DNA of 64,000 nucleotides from a phage: sequence record PZ386975.1; one strand, 5' to 3'. Shown piece by piece: positions 10,039 to 18,925 of this stretch (position 1 is its first letter; each line of letters starts with the position of its first letter). The notes under the pieces were generated by a model. It saw only the letters and a program-made list of their open reading frames with translations, ran no database searches and was not told where the DNA came from. The position numbers and the translations under genes were made by a program.

Positions 10039-10090
10039 GGTTAAGATACAGGCTCCTTCGGGAGCCTTTTTCATTTCAGGAGGTTGTTAA

Positions 10091-10438
10091 ATGACATTTA
10101 AAGAGTTCTGTCAAGCTACTTTCATAATTGTTTTCTTAGTTGGGGCAGGTGTCTGGGGAGGATACTCTTACAGAGACTACCAAGTTGCTGAAACTGAGCT
10201 AAACAATCAAAAGCTCATAAGTGTTGCTAAAGATGCTTATCAGGAAGGATTAGTTACACTGAGCACCAATTACAAAAATGATTTGAAAGATGTGCTTGCT
10301 AAGAATAAGCACACAAAAGAGGTACTAACATATGAAAAAACTAAGCCAGAGTTTTATAATGTTTGTGTTACTGATAATTATGTCAGGGTGTTCAACGAAC
10401 AAAGTGAACAGTACATTCAAAAACTCCCAAGTAAGTGA
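10091..10438 (+). CDS. putative i-spanin-like protein (N-terminal transmembrane helix plus coiled coil)
   Basis: strong RBS AGGAGG; TM segment FIIVFLVGAGVWGG; overlapped out of frame by a lipoprotein ORF. Confidence 0.4.
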   Translation: MTFKEFCQATFIIVFLVGAGVWGGYSYRDYQVAETELNNQKLISVAKDAYQEGLVTLSTNYKNDLKDVLAKNKHTKEVLTYEKTKPEFYNVCVTDNYVRVFNEQSEQYIQKLPSK

Positions 10439-10601
10439 GAGTGATAAGTACACTCAAGAAGAATCACGGTATATCATCAAAGGCAACACAGGCAGTGATG
10501 TAGCAGCAGCACTTGAGTTCTACCGTGACGGCTTTTACCAGTGTACAATTAAAGCTAATAACCTTATTGACATGATTTTATTAGGGAATAAGCAGCAATG
10601 A
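10332..10601 (+). CDS. putative o-spanin-like lipoprotein overlapping the upstream gene in another frame
   Basis: lipoprotein signal with lipobox (LLIIMSGC); RBS AAGAGG; Rz/Rz1-like overlapped architecture. Confidence 0.4.
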   Translation: MKKLSQSFIMFVLLIIMSGCSTNKVNSTFKNSQVSESDKYTQEESRYIIKGNTGSDVAAALEFYRDGFYQCTIKANNLIDMILLGNKQQ

Positions 10602-10867
10602 CAGAGAATCAAGACACTTTCTATGTAGAAGGTTACTTACTGTTGCCACGACCAAAAGAAACTTATATGCGAATTGATTTCTTACCAACCATTATGGATA
10701 ATGTGATGTACCATATCTTTATGCAAGGTGTCACAGCACAACTTAAACATGTTGGTAAAGAGTGCAAAATAAAGATTGACACTCATCCAGAAATCAAAGA
10801 GAATCACTACACATGGTTCTTACCAGACTCTAAAGAAATCTTAGCAGTTCTTAAAACGAGGAAGTAA
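10598..10867 (+). CDS. hypothetical protein (89 aa)
   Basis: start overlaps the upstream stop. Confidence 0.45.
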   Translation: MTENQDTFYVEGYLLLPRPKETYMRIDFLPTIMDNVMYHIFMQGVTAQLKHVGKECKIKIDTHPEIKENHYTWFLPDSKEILAVLKTRK

Positions 10868-10869
10868 CT

Positions 10870-11196
10870 ATGCAGATTAATGGAAGAGACTTTGTAGCCG
10901 TTTACTACGAGAAAGGTAAAGAAGTTGGCGTAGCACAAGTATCTTATGGCAATGGTAAGTGGCTATATGGAACAATCGCAGTAGTAGGAACAAGAAGTGA
11001 TACAAAAACTTTTAAAGATTGTGTTGAACTTCTTGAAGAATCCATCCATAATCATTGGTGTCTGATATGGATGACTGATAACGAAGTGATGGAGCGTTTC
11101 AAAAAGATTGATATCCACATTGACAGTATTGAGCATGTTGATTTATATGAGCTAACTGAGAAGGTAAACTATGAAAGTAATACTAGCCAGAGATAA
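10870..11196 (+). CDS. hypothetical protein (108 aa)
   Basis: ORF in co-oriented block. Confidence 0.45.
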   Translation: MQINGRDFVAVYYEKGKEVGVAQVSYGNGKWLYGTIAVVGTRSDTKTFKDCVELLEESIHNHWCLIWMTDNEVMERFKKIDIHIDSIEHVDLYELTEKVNYESNTSQR

Positions 11197-11404
11197 AAAG
11201 ACCCGCAAGATTGTACGTTCAGCAGTATTCATAGGGAGAGATGAAGTCGTCCCGTTTGCAGGGGAAGATGTGCTAACTTATAAGAAGGGTTTAAAACGTA
11301 AATTCAGTGACCGTTTACGCGGCTTCATCTCTGAACCATTAGAAGATTTCAAAAGTCGCTGTGGCGAAGGCATCATCATTCAAGAGGCAATTATTCATGG
11401 CTGA
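11171..11404 (+). CDS. hypothetical protein (77 aa)
   Basis: ORF in co-oriented block. Confidence 0.4.
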   Translation: MKVILARDKKTRKIVRSAVFIGRDEVVPFAGEDVLTYKKGLKRKFSDRLRGFISEPLEDFKSRCGEGIIIQEAIIHG

Positions 11405-11597
11405 TTTCTGCAAAGATTGTGCTATCGAAATGTTTGGACGTGATACAGGTGACTTAAAAGGTCTCATCACTGAAGATGACTTTAAAGCTGGCTATGCAAT
11501 GCCAGTAATCTGTGAAGGTTGTGGGTGCATCTGGGTAGACCACGAAGGGCAACGTGTAAAACCTTCAGAAGATAAAGAATCTTGGGAGAGATGTTAA
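11361..11597 (+). CDS. hypothetical Cys-rich protein (possible zinc ribbon); start may be the internal ATG at 11397
   Basis: CKDC...CEGCGC cysteine pairs. Confidence 0.4.
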   Translation: MAKASSFKRQLFMADFCKDCAIEMFGRDTGDLKGLITEDDFKAGYAMPVICEGCGCIWVDHEGQRVKPSEDKESWERC

Positions 11598-12383
11598 ATG
11601 GGTATTGTAAAAATCATCAATGGTGATATCTTTGCAGCATTTGATAAAGGTAAGTTTGACGTCATTGGTCACGGTTGCAACTGTATGAATTTAATGGGTG
11701 CAGGTATCGCTGACAAGATTTCTAAACTTTACCCAAAAGCATATGAGACTGATACAGAAGTTTATCTATATGCAGGCGGTATAGGCCACAAACCCTGTGA
11801 AAATTTACTGGGTAATTTCTCCGTAGCACGTTTAAAACAAGGTCGTATAGCTAACCTTTACACTCAGCTTAAGACTGGTAAAGATGCCAGATACAGTGCT
11901 TTAGAGTCATCTTTGAAACAGCTTAACAGATACTGTGAAGTCAACCAGTTGAAGAAGGTTGGTCTACCTATGATTGGTGCAGGTATCGGTGGGCTAGACC
12001 CTCAAGCCGTCACAGTTATCATTAATCAGGTGATGAAGAGTGTAGATGTGTATCTTTATGTCTACGAAGGAGAGATGTACCACAAGTTACGCTCAGGTTG
12101 GAAGAACTACTGTGAACCAGAATACTTTGCAGGTGTAGTAGTGTTCACTAATGATGCAGTTACCCTCTTCAGACGAAGAAAAGGTAAGATACATCAAAGT
12201 AACCCTCCGGTTGAAAAGATGTCTCTAAGTAACGCTCTAGTTACCCACCTGTCGAAGAGCAGTCACAGGATTGCAGTAACATTTGGCAGTGATGCAGATG
12301 CTTACATCTATGCAAGAACTGATGAGGATATCGAGACGGTTTTCTCTTCACCAGAGCTTACCTTCTTAGACGCAAAGAACTAA
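11598..12383 (+). CDS. macro-domain-like (ADP-ribose-binding/processing) protein
   Basis: VIGHGCNCMNLMGAGIADKI and VGLPMIGAGIGGLDP resemble the two glycine-rich macro-domain motifs. Confidence 0.5.
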   Translation: MGIVKIINGDIFAAFDKGKFDVIGHGCNCMNLMGAGIADKISKLYPKAYETDTEVYLYAGGIGHKPCENLLGNFSVARLKQGRIANLYTQLKTGKDARYSALESSLKQLNRYCEVNQLKKVGLPMIGAGIGGLDPQAVTVIINQVMKSVDVYLYVYEGEMYHKLRSGWKNYCEPEYFAGVVVFTNDAVTLFRRRKGKIHQSNPPVEKMSLSNALVTHLSKSSHRIAVTFGSDADAYIYARTDEDIETVFSSPELTFLDAKN

Positions 12384-12457
12384 GAAACTTCGTAGTATAT
12401 TCACAATAGACTAAGCCTTTCTTATCTGGTAAATTTTTCAGGTAAGGAGGGCTTTTT

Positions 12458-12635
12458 CATTTCAGAATTGTGCAGGTAGAGTTCTGTAGAGAAATCTATA
12501 GAGAAAATTTTGAACTCCAAAGAGAAAATTCATTTTCAAACTGTGCAGGTAATCTCCAAAGAGCTTTTCCATTTTCAAAACGTGCAGACCCCACTCAGGT
12601 CGGGCAAGAAAAATCATTTTAGAATTGTGCAGGTA
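12458..12635. repeat. four direct repeats of CATTTYCARAAYTGTGCAGGTA-like motif in a 500-bp non-coding leader
   Basis: copies at about 12458, 12531, 12570 and 12615. Confidence 0.6.
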
Positions 12636-12811
12636 GGTGGGTGTAGGTGGGGCTGTCGCCATTTCTCACAAGGCTACCACATATGAAAATAAAAGTCAAC
12701 AGAAAAATTTGTAGCGGATTGAAAAATAATTCTTGATTGTAGTTCTGTTTTGTGGTAGTCATGCGCGCCCGTTTCATTCCATTTTTGCAAAAATATTTTT
12801 AAAATTTTTTA

Positions 12812-12840
12812 TTGACTCTTTGAACGGGTTTTTATAGTAT
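12812..12840 (+). promoter_or_regulatory. sigma70-like promoter (TTGACT-17-TAGTAT) with AT-rich upstream region, heading the small-ORF array
   Basis: -35 at 12812-12817, 17-nt spacer, -10 at 12835-12840. Confidence 0.5.
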
Positions 12841-12890
12841 TTGCATCAGACGGGCAATCAAGCCCACTTCCTAAACTGGAGAATCTAAAA

Positions 12891-13097
12891 ATGCTTTACA
12901 GTCGTGAATTGATGGTTACAACTAACGTTAACACAAAGGTAAAACGTTTTTACATGCAAATTTGTGGCGTATGGTCTAGAATATCAGAGGCTGACTATTG
13001 CAACTATGTAGGAACAGCTATAGAATCTAATTGCTACCTTACAAGAAACACTAAGAACTTTATAAGACAGACAGCAATTTACTACTACGATAAATAA
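12891..13097 (+). CDS. hypothetical small protein (68 aa), cassette 1
   Basis: preceded by conserved CCTAAACTGGAGAaTCTAAAAATG leader. Confidence 0.45.
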   Translation: MLYSRELMVTTNVNTKVKRFYMQICGVWSRISEADYCNYVGTAIESNCYLTRNTKNFIRQTAIYYYDK

Positions 13098-13187
13098 AAA
13101 GTACTTTACAGGGGGCTTATAAGGCTGTACAGTAAGCCCCAGATAAAGAGCTTTACCACATTAACCCTTAAACTAGGAGATTCTAAA

Positions 13188-13571
13188 ATGGCATATCGCG
13201 CACCTAAATTCATCAATAAAGACAACTTTCGCAACGCACTGGAGAAGTCACTTGATGAGAATTTTAAAGGCAACGTTATTGTTGTTCACTCGTTTAATTT
13301 CAAGTATGATATCAACGGGAATAAAATCAACCATTACACGGCAACCATGATAGATGGTACACTATCAAGTGAAAAAGCCATTTTGCATGCACTTGCTGGA
13401 CGTGGTAAAAACCTGATAAAATGTGATAAGAGACGTTATCAGGGTGGCGCATATGGTTATGATGATGCTGTTTATCATCTTGAAAATATGGGCTATCAAG
13501 TAGAAAAAGCTGGAGCGTCTCAAATAATCGGTAGTGATGGTTACGTAACTATCTTCAAAATTAACAAATAA
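13188..13571 (+). CDS. hypothetical protein (127 aa), cassette
   Basis: conserved module and RBS upstream. Confidence 0.55.
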   Translation: MAYRAPKFINKDNFRNALEKSLDENFKGNVIVVHSFNFKYDINGNKINHYTATMIDGTLSSEKAILHALAGRGKNLIKCDKRRYQGGAYGYDDAVYHLENMGYQVEKAGASQIIGSDGYVTIFKINK

Positions 13572-13656
13572 AGTACTTTACAAGGGGCTTATAGTTCGAT
13601 AAAGTAAGCCCCAGATAAAGAGCTTTACCACTCAATCCTAAATTGGAGAACTAAAA

Positions 13657-13950
13657 ATGGCTATTATCAAAAACGTTGTAATTGCTGCAAAAACTCGTGA
13701 TGACGCTCGCGTTATGGCTAAAAAGTTATGCGGGAAAGTGGTTGACAACGGAAAACAATCTGCTGTAAGGTGGGGCGTGAAGGCTGATAAACAGTTGAAG
13801 TTAAAAAATTCACCGATAAACCTTTTTACATGTGTAAACACTATCGGGAAGACAACTGTATACACGAAAAAGGCATACATTAGACGCGTAGCATTAACAT
13901 CCCCCATTCGTACAATGAGAAGTTATGCAAAGCTGAAAATTAACAAATAA
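13657..13950 (+). CDS. hypothetical protein (97 aa), cassette
   Basis: conserved module and RBS upstream. Confidence 0.55.
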   Translation: MAIIKNVVIAAKTRDDARVMAKKLCGKVVDNGKQSAVRWGVKADKQLKLKNSPINLFTCVNTIGKTTVYTKKAYIRRVALTSPIRTMRSYAKLKINK

Positions 13951-14034
13951 AGTACTTTACAGGGGGCTTAAAAGTTGATATCTTAAGCCCCAGATAAAGA
14001 GCTTTACCACTCAATCCTAAACTGGAGATTCAAA

Positions 14035-14547
14035 ATGAAGACTGTAGACGCTACTTTTGAAGTTGTAAAAGAAAAATTCACTATTATTTATGAAGCGGTA
14101 AATTGCTACGAAGCAAGCCATAATCTTGATAATTGGAAGTTTACAGATGACCATCAAGGCGGCGTGACTGTTAAAAATCCTAACTGTCAGCATAATGAAT
14201 TTAAATATGCAATCCCTTTACATTACAGCCTTAAACAGCTTTCTAGTGACTATGCAAAACAAGGCCGGGAAAATCCATCAAAAGAGGCTTACGCAAGCTT
14301 ACAGAAAGAACTAGAAAGAGATTTAGAGGCTTCAGAGTACAACCTTGCCGCGAAAGTTGTCGATGCAAACGGTAACACGGTTTTAGAAAGTTTTTATCTT
14401 GGTTATGCTTTCGATTGGTGCTATCGTGACGGCGATGATTTAGAGGATAGACTAAAAGAAGAGGTGAACAATTCAGACGCAGAAACTGAAGTATTAGAAC
14501 GTTTGGAATCGTTGAAAGACTCAGTGATGAATATCTTTAAGAACTAA
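14035..14547 (+). CDS. hypothetical acidic protein (170 aa), cassette
   Basis: conserved module and RBS upstream. Confidence 0.55.
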   Translation: MKTVDATFEVVKEKFTIIYEAVNCYEASHNLDNWKFTDDHQGGVTVKNPNCQHNEFKYAIPLHYSLKQLSSDYAKQGRENPSKEAYASLQKELERDLEASEYNLAAKVVDANGNTVLESFYLGYAFDWCYRDGDDLEDRLKEEVNNSDAETEVLERLESLKDSVMNIFKN

Positions 14548-14638
14548 ATAGATTTCTTTACACGGGGTTATCAAGCTGGTAGGATAGCCCCAGATAAAGA
14601 GATTTATCAAATAAAGCCCTTAAACTAGGAGATTCAAA

Positions 14639-14935
14639 ATGAAATTATCAAATAAAGTTCGTGAAAATCTAAGCAAGTTACTAAACAAAATTGATTTCAT
14701 TGAAACATCAAGAAATAATCATGATGTTATGGAATGGTTGCACGGCAAAATAAAAGGCCGTCGTGTAGTGATTTGCTTATGGAATAGCTGCAGGGAGTAT
14801 AAAAAACCTGTATTGCAAGTCAATATTTATGATGACACCTTTAAAAGTCCTGTAAAGTCTAAAAGCGATTTATTAGAATCCTATGAGATAACTGTAAATG
14901 GTAAAGTGTCACGTAAAGAGGAAACACCATGCTGA
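14639..14935 (+). CDS. hypothetical protein (98 aa), cassette
   Basis: conserved module and RBS upstream. Confidence 0.55.
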   Translation: MKLSNKVRENLSKLLNKIDFIETSRNNHDVMEWLHGKIKGRRVVICLWNSCREYKKPVLQVNIYDDTFKSPVKSKSDLLESYEITVNGKVSRKEETPC

Positions 14936-15261
14936 TGACTGGTATCACTGCAATCATTGCCATTTTCGCGCTCTATAAGGCATATAAAGCCTATAATCTA
15001 GCAAATAAGGCAATCACGCAGCAGGTTAGCAATAGCCTTGTAGAGAGCTTTCTAGAGCGCCTCAGTGATGAGCAAATAAAGCGGCTAGAGATGAGCTTCA
15101 GATATAAAGCGAAAACCTATCAGATAAGTGACATCTTCAAAGATGATTTTCAGTTAGTCGATGATTATAATTCACTGATAAATGCTTTAAATATCAGTGA
15201 CTTAAAAGACTACTACGCTGTAATTGTTCAAGAATTGAGCAAACGAAAACAAAGTGTTTGA
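14929..15261 (+). CDS. hypothetical protein with N-terminal hydrophobic helix (110 aa)
   Basis: overlaps the upstream stop; no module in front. Confidence 0.45.
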   Translation: MLMTGITAIIAIFALYKAYKAYNLANKAITQQVSNSLVESFLERLSDEQIKRLEMSFRYKAKTYQISDIFKDDFQLVDDYNSLINALNISDLKDYYAVIVQELSKRKQSV

Positions 15262-15286
15262 CACTGGTTTTTAGATAGATTAAATT
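15258..15286 (+). promoter_or_regulatory. sigma70-like promoter inside a type-B module (TTGACA-17-TAAATT), followed by a 5'-UTR hairpin
   Basis: -35 at 15258-15263, -10 at 15281-15286; same arrangement recurs near 16129 and 17386. Confidence 0.45.
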
Positions 15287-15351
15287 ACACATCAACGGGG
15301 AGGTAATAACCTTCCCCACTAAATAAAGTCCTTAAACTAGGAGAGTCTAAA

Positions 15352-15624
15352 ATGTATACTACTAACAATGGTCGTACTTTAAATGTAACTTTACGTCACT
15401 ATGTAGACGGTGTAATGCACTTTGAGGATTTACGGGCTGAACAACATATCTTAGATTGGCAAGTAGCAGGACTCCAAAAAACTGCTACGGGATATGGTAA
15501 AAAGATTCCAACCAGTTGGAAAGTACACTACGAAGGACGTTTGCGCAGAATTTATCAAGATGTATGTAGTAATAGCGCATCAAGTTACATCATAGTAAAA
15601 GGTAAAAAACTGCACTTAGTATAA
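15352..15624 (+). CDS. hypothetical protein (90 aa), cassette
   Basis: type-B module upstream. Confidence 0.55.
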   Translation: MYTTNNGRTLNVTLRHYVDGVMHFEDLRAEQHILDWQVAGLQKTATGYGKKIPTSWKVHYEGRLRRIYQDVCSNSASSYIIVKGKKLHLV

Positions 15625-15709
15625 AGTGCTTTACATGGGGCTTAAAAGTCTGTAAAGTAAGCCCCAGATAAAGAGCTTTACCACTAAATCCTAAATTGGA
15701 GATTCTAAA

Positions 15710-16114
15710 ATGGCTATTAACAACCGTGAATTATCAATCTTAAAAGCACGTTTGACCGTTAACCGGATTAATGTTATTACGTCATCAGCACCGGACGAAA
15801 CATTACACAACATTATCGGGAAGATTCAAAGCGTTATCTTAGACGTTGAAAATGTAAAAAGCTCATTGGCTGACGTTGCAGCAGGTATCACGCTAGACGG
15901 CGCACAATATGAAATGGCTGACATGTTAGGCAAATCAAAGATAATGAATAAAGAGCTTGATTTAAAAATGTTTCGATTTGCCGTGAAAGTGTGGCTATCC
16001 GTCGAGTATGACGCCAATTTTGCAATCGCTGATTTCTTTGCCACTTGGTTACAACGTAATTTGACAAATCACGATTTTCGTGATGTCTGTGATGCAATTT
16101 ATGCAGAACTCTAA
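15710..16114 (+). CDS. hypothetical protein (134 aa), cassette
   Basis: type-A module upstream. Confidence 0.55.
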   Translation: MAINNRELSILKARLTVNRINVITSSAPDETLHNIIGKIQSVILDVENVKSSLADVAAGITLDGAQYEMADMLGKSKIMNKELDLKMFRFAVKVWLSVEYDANFAIADFFATWLQRNLTNHDFRDVCDAIYAEL

Positions 16115-16216
16115 AAATTTTATTGACACTGGTTTTTAGATAGATTAAATTACACATCAACGGGGAGGGAATGACCTTCCCACTAAATAAAGTCCTTAAA
16201 CTAGGAGATTCTAAAA

Positions 16217-16420
16217 ATGGCTATTATTAATGGCTTAACCATTGAAACTACACACATCAAAGATATTAAAGTTGGTGATATAGTCCTTTCCCACGGCGTA
16301 GAAAAAACTGTCACTGCAAAGGATATCAAAGAGGATTCTTTCATGGGTAGGACTCTCTTCGGTGATTCTTATTGCTTAGGTTATCTTGCAGTTTTAAAAG
16401 TTGTCAAAAATAACAAATAA
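16217..16420 (+). CDS. hypothetical protein (67 aa), cassette
   Basis: type-B module upstream. Confidence 0.5.
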   Translation: MAIINGLTIETTHIKDIKVGDIVLSHGVEKTVTAKDIKEDSFMGRTLFGDSYCLGYLAVLKVVKNNK

Positions 16421-16506
16421 AGTACTTTACAAGGGGCTTATAGTTCGATAAAGTAAGCCCCAGATAAAGAGCTTTACCACTAAATCCTTAAACTAGGAGA
16501 TTCAAA

Positions 16507-17073
16507 ATGAAATGCTATCACGGCACTACTCTGAAAAACTTTGTAAACCTGCTTAAAGGTGGCGACAAGCCGGAAGGTATCTGGAACTGCTCTTACATGG
16601 ATGATTGTTTTTACGTTTACCCGATGGATAAGATTATCAAGACGGAATGCCTGGAAGATGAAGAAGCCTCTTACATCCGTGAACGCTGCATTCAAAACGC
16701 TTTAGAGTCGGGGCTTATTACGGCAGCTTTCCAAATGGAAACGCAGGAAGTGATTGTAATTGAGATGGATATCCCAGAGGAAGAACTTGAGGACGATTAT
16801 TCTTGTGACAACATGAGCGAAATCGCCAGCTTTACCGGTTACTTTGATAAAGATTGGATTATTGGTATTCACTCAACGAAATTTAGTGCAATGTATGCGC
16901 CATTCTTTGTACCTGATACAACTAACCGAAATTTGGGATATATTGACGATGATTTGTTGAGTATTGCAAAAATTGTACAGAATAGCGGGGATACTTCTTC
17001 TTTGTTTTGTGACCTGCTGGATAAAATTACCGAGAATCTCACAGAGCGCAATCTAAGCGACTTTTTAGACTAA
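16507..17073 (+). CDS. hypothetical acidic protein (188 aa), cassette
   Basis: type-A module upstream. Confidence 0.55.
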   Translation: MKCYHGTTLKNFVNLLKGGDKPEGIWNCSYMDDCFYVYPMDKIIKTECLEDEEASYIRERCIQNALESGLITAAFQMETQEVIVIEMDIPEEELEDDYSCDNMSEIASFTGYFDKDWIIGIHSTKFSAMYAPFFVPDTTNRNLGYIDDDLLSIAKIVQNSGDTSSLFCDLLDKITENLTERNLSDFLD

Positions 17074-17136
17074 GCAGTACAAAGACACTAATTTCCAACT
17101 TAAGGCCCATACAGGGCCATTTAAAGGGCTTAAATC

Positions 17137-17370
17137 ATGCTTACAACCGTTTACCTTATCCTTTCTGTTTGTAATGGCCATTCATGTGACTTTAAAGGGC
17201 TTGAGGAGTTCACAGGAAGTAAAGAAAATACTATTCAAGTTTGCCAGATAGCAAGACAAGACTACCCCGCCAGTGACGACATTCAATGCTACTTTAAGAC
17301 AGAAGATGAAGACGGAATCTATTTTGACAGCGTTGACGGTCAATATGAAATTATCATAGAAAAAGATTAG
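17137..17370 (+). CDS. hypothetical Cys-containing small protein (77 aa)
   Basis: ORF in array, no conserved module upstream. Confidence 0.4.
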   Translation: MLTTVYLILSVCNGHSCDFKGLEEFTGSKENTIQVCQIARQDYPASDDIQCYFKTEDEDGIYFDSVDGQYEIIIEKD

Positions 17371-17406
17371 ACAAGCCTGATAAAAGTCTGTAAATTGTCA
17401 ATCAAC

Positions 17407-17420
17407 GGGGGGGGGGGGGG
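17407..17420 (+). repeat. homopolymeric G tract (about 14 G) forming the 5' arm of a module hairpin
   Basis: ACGGGGGGGGGGGGGGTAACAACCTCCC replaces the GGGGAGG..CCTTCCCC hairpin of other type-B modules. Confidence 0.9.
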
Positions 17421-17467
17421 TAACAACCTCCCACTACATAAAACCCTTAAACTAGGAGATTCAAAAA

Positions 17468-17809
17468 ATGGCTTATGTAACTGTAATTACCAATAAACCG
17501 GATTCATCTTGGTCAACTCAAGTAAGCGACAAGATGTCACCTATGCAGTGCCTAAAATACTTTGAGCAATGGAATAAAGGCGAGGATGTAAGCCCCTTTC
17601 AAATAATGCAGATTATTCATGTAGACAATGAAGGGAAGAAAACGACTTTGAACAGTGAGTACTATGCAAGCCGCTTCGAAACGAGAAGTAAAGCAATGAA
17701 GCTTCTACGTGAATCCGGTTATGCTCATATTGCCGCACTAATCTGGGATGACCTGCTAAAAAGTCAACGTATCAGCTATGTAAAGCCTGAAAAAATATTC
17801 ATCAGTTAA
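17468..17809 (+). CDS. hypothetical protein (113 aa), cassette
   Basis: variant type-B module upstream. Confidence 0.5.
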   Translation: MAYVTVITNKPDSSWSTQVSDKMSPMQCLKYFEQWNKGEDVSPFQIMQIIHVDNEGKKTTLNSEYYASRFETRSKAMKLLRESGYAHIAALIWDDLLKSQRISYVKPEKIFIS

Positions 17810-18028
17810 TCAATAACTTACAAAAAACTTTTAAAAAAGTGTTGACAATACCCCTTGACATTGGTAACTTTGTTCGAGGGGGTTTATCTAAAAGGGATTC
17901 ACTTAAAAGATTCTTTATAGATAAGCTTAAAAAATTGCTTGCAATCAGCTATCAAAACAAGTAAATTACTAATCAACGGGAGGGATGACCTCCCCACTAA
18001 ATAAAATCCTTAAACTAGGAGAGCCAAA

Positions 18029-18559
18029 ATGAACAAGTTTAAAGCTATCAACTTCATTCGTTCAAATGCTGTAATGTCAAAACCTGTAAAAGACACATAC
18101 GAATTTCGCTGCAATGGGGTACACTTTGCAACCATCACTAAGTCAGAAAACGGGGTTTATTACATTCATCGCCGTAATGTTTCTACTGTTGTAGTCTCTC
18201 ACTTTATGCAAGCTGTAGCGGAATTATTACCATTATTCTTAGAGATTTATCTAGATGAGTGTAAAAACATTCGTAACCACGTTAAAAACCTTTTAAACGG
18301 TTATAAAATGGCTTATGAACGTTCTATCAAGTCCTTAAACAAGTTCTATAAAGCCCCTATGAATACCGTTTCAATGGCTTACAGTGTAAGCGGTGAGTTG
18401 GTTAGCCTCTTCGAAGTGGAAGAAATCGAACTGCATGACTTGCGCCCTAGTGGTTACTCTAAGACACTGGGAGAAGGCTTATCTTTCAATATCAAGAACT
18501 TAGAAAAAACTTTAAAAGATATTGAAAAAGATATTGACGAAACAATCAAAAATCTGTAA
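18029..18559 (+). CDS. hypothetical protein (176 aa), cassette
   Basis: type-B module upstream. Confidence 0.55.
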   Translation: MNKFKAINFIRSNAVMSKPVKDTYEFRCNGVHFATITKSENGVYYIHRRNVSTVVVSHFMQAVAELLPLFLEIYLDECKNIRNHVKNLLNGYKMAYERSIKSLNKFYKAPMNTVSMAYSVSGELVSLFEVEEIELHDLRPSGYSKTLGEGLSFNIKNLEKTLKDIEKDIDETIKNL

Positions 18560-18638
18560 ATTGTCAATCAACGGGGAGGGAATGACCTTCCCCACTAAAT
18601 AAAACCCTTAATCAACTTCCTAAACTGGAGATTCTAAA

Positions 18639-18887
18639 ATGGCTACTATCCGCGCAACCGTTAACGAATTTGGCTTCTACTCTCTGGACGTTAAATTTGA
18701 CCTTGTAGGTACTGATAACGCCTTTGAAATGGTGAAAGGCCTTATCAGTCAGACCATCAGTGACTACAACCCCTCTGATGAATTCTGGAAAGAAACAAAA
18801 CAGGAAGCTCTCAAAGAGGGTTATTCATACCACTACTGGGGTGAAAAAATTGTCTCCCTATACTACGACAAAGATGGCGCTAACTAA
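18639..18887 (+). CDS. hypothetical protein (82 aa), last cassette
   Basis: type-B module upstream; two terminator hairpins downstream. Confidence 0.55.
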   Translation: MATIRATVNEFGFYSLDVKFDLVGTDNAFEMVKGLISQTISDYNPSDEFWKETKQEALKEGYSYHYWGEKIVSLYYDKDGAN

Positions 18888-18925
18888 TCGACGCAACGGG
18901 GCTATTTAGCCCCAGATACCTTTAC

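Larger units (their letters stand above)
13097..18640 (+). repeat. array of at least 11 repeated 80-100-bp intergenic modules (type A: GGGGCTTA..TAAGCCCC hairpin + AGATAAAGAGCTTTACCAC + RBS; type B: TTGACAC promoter-like + GGGGAGG..CCTTCCCC hairpin + RBS)
   Basis: modules end at the start codons at 13188, 13657, 14035, 14639, 15352, 15710, 16217, 16507, 17468, 18029 and 18639. Confidence 0.8.

Noticed and set aside
13141-13160. Type-A module segment AGATAAAGAGCTTTACCAC as a MotA-box-like middle promoter
   Set aside because: The only candidate -10 element would place the transcription start inside or after the RBS, excluding it from the mRNA; function is left unassigned.
12840-18640. Possible CRISPR array suggested by regularly repeated about 90-bp units
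   Set aside because: The repeats are much longer than CRISPR repeats, contain promoter and RBS elements, and the intervening sequences are 200-570-bp protein-coding ORFs; this is a gene-cassette array.
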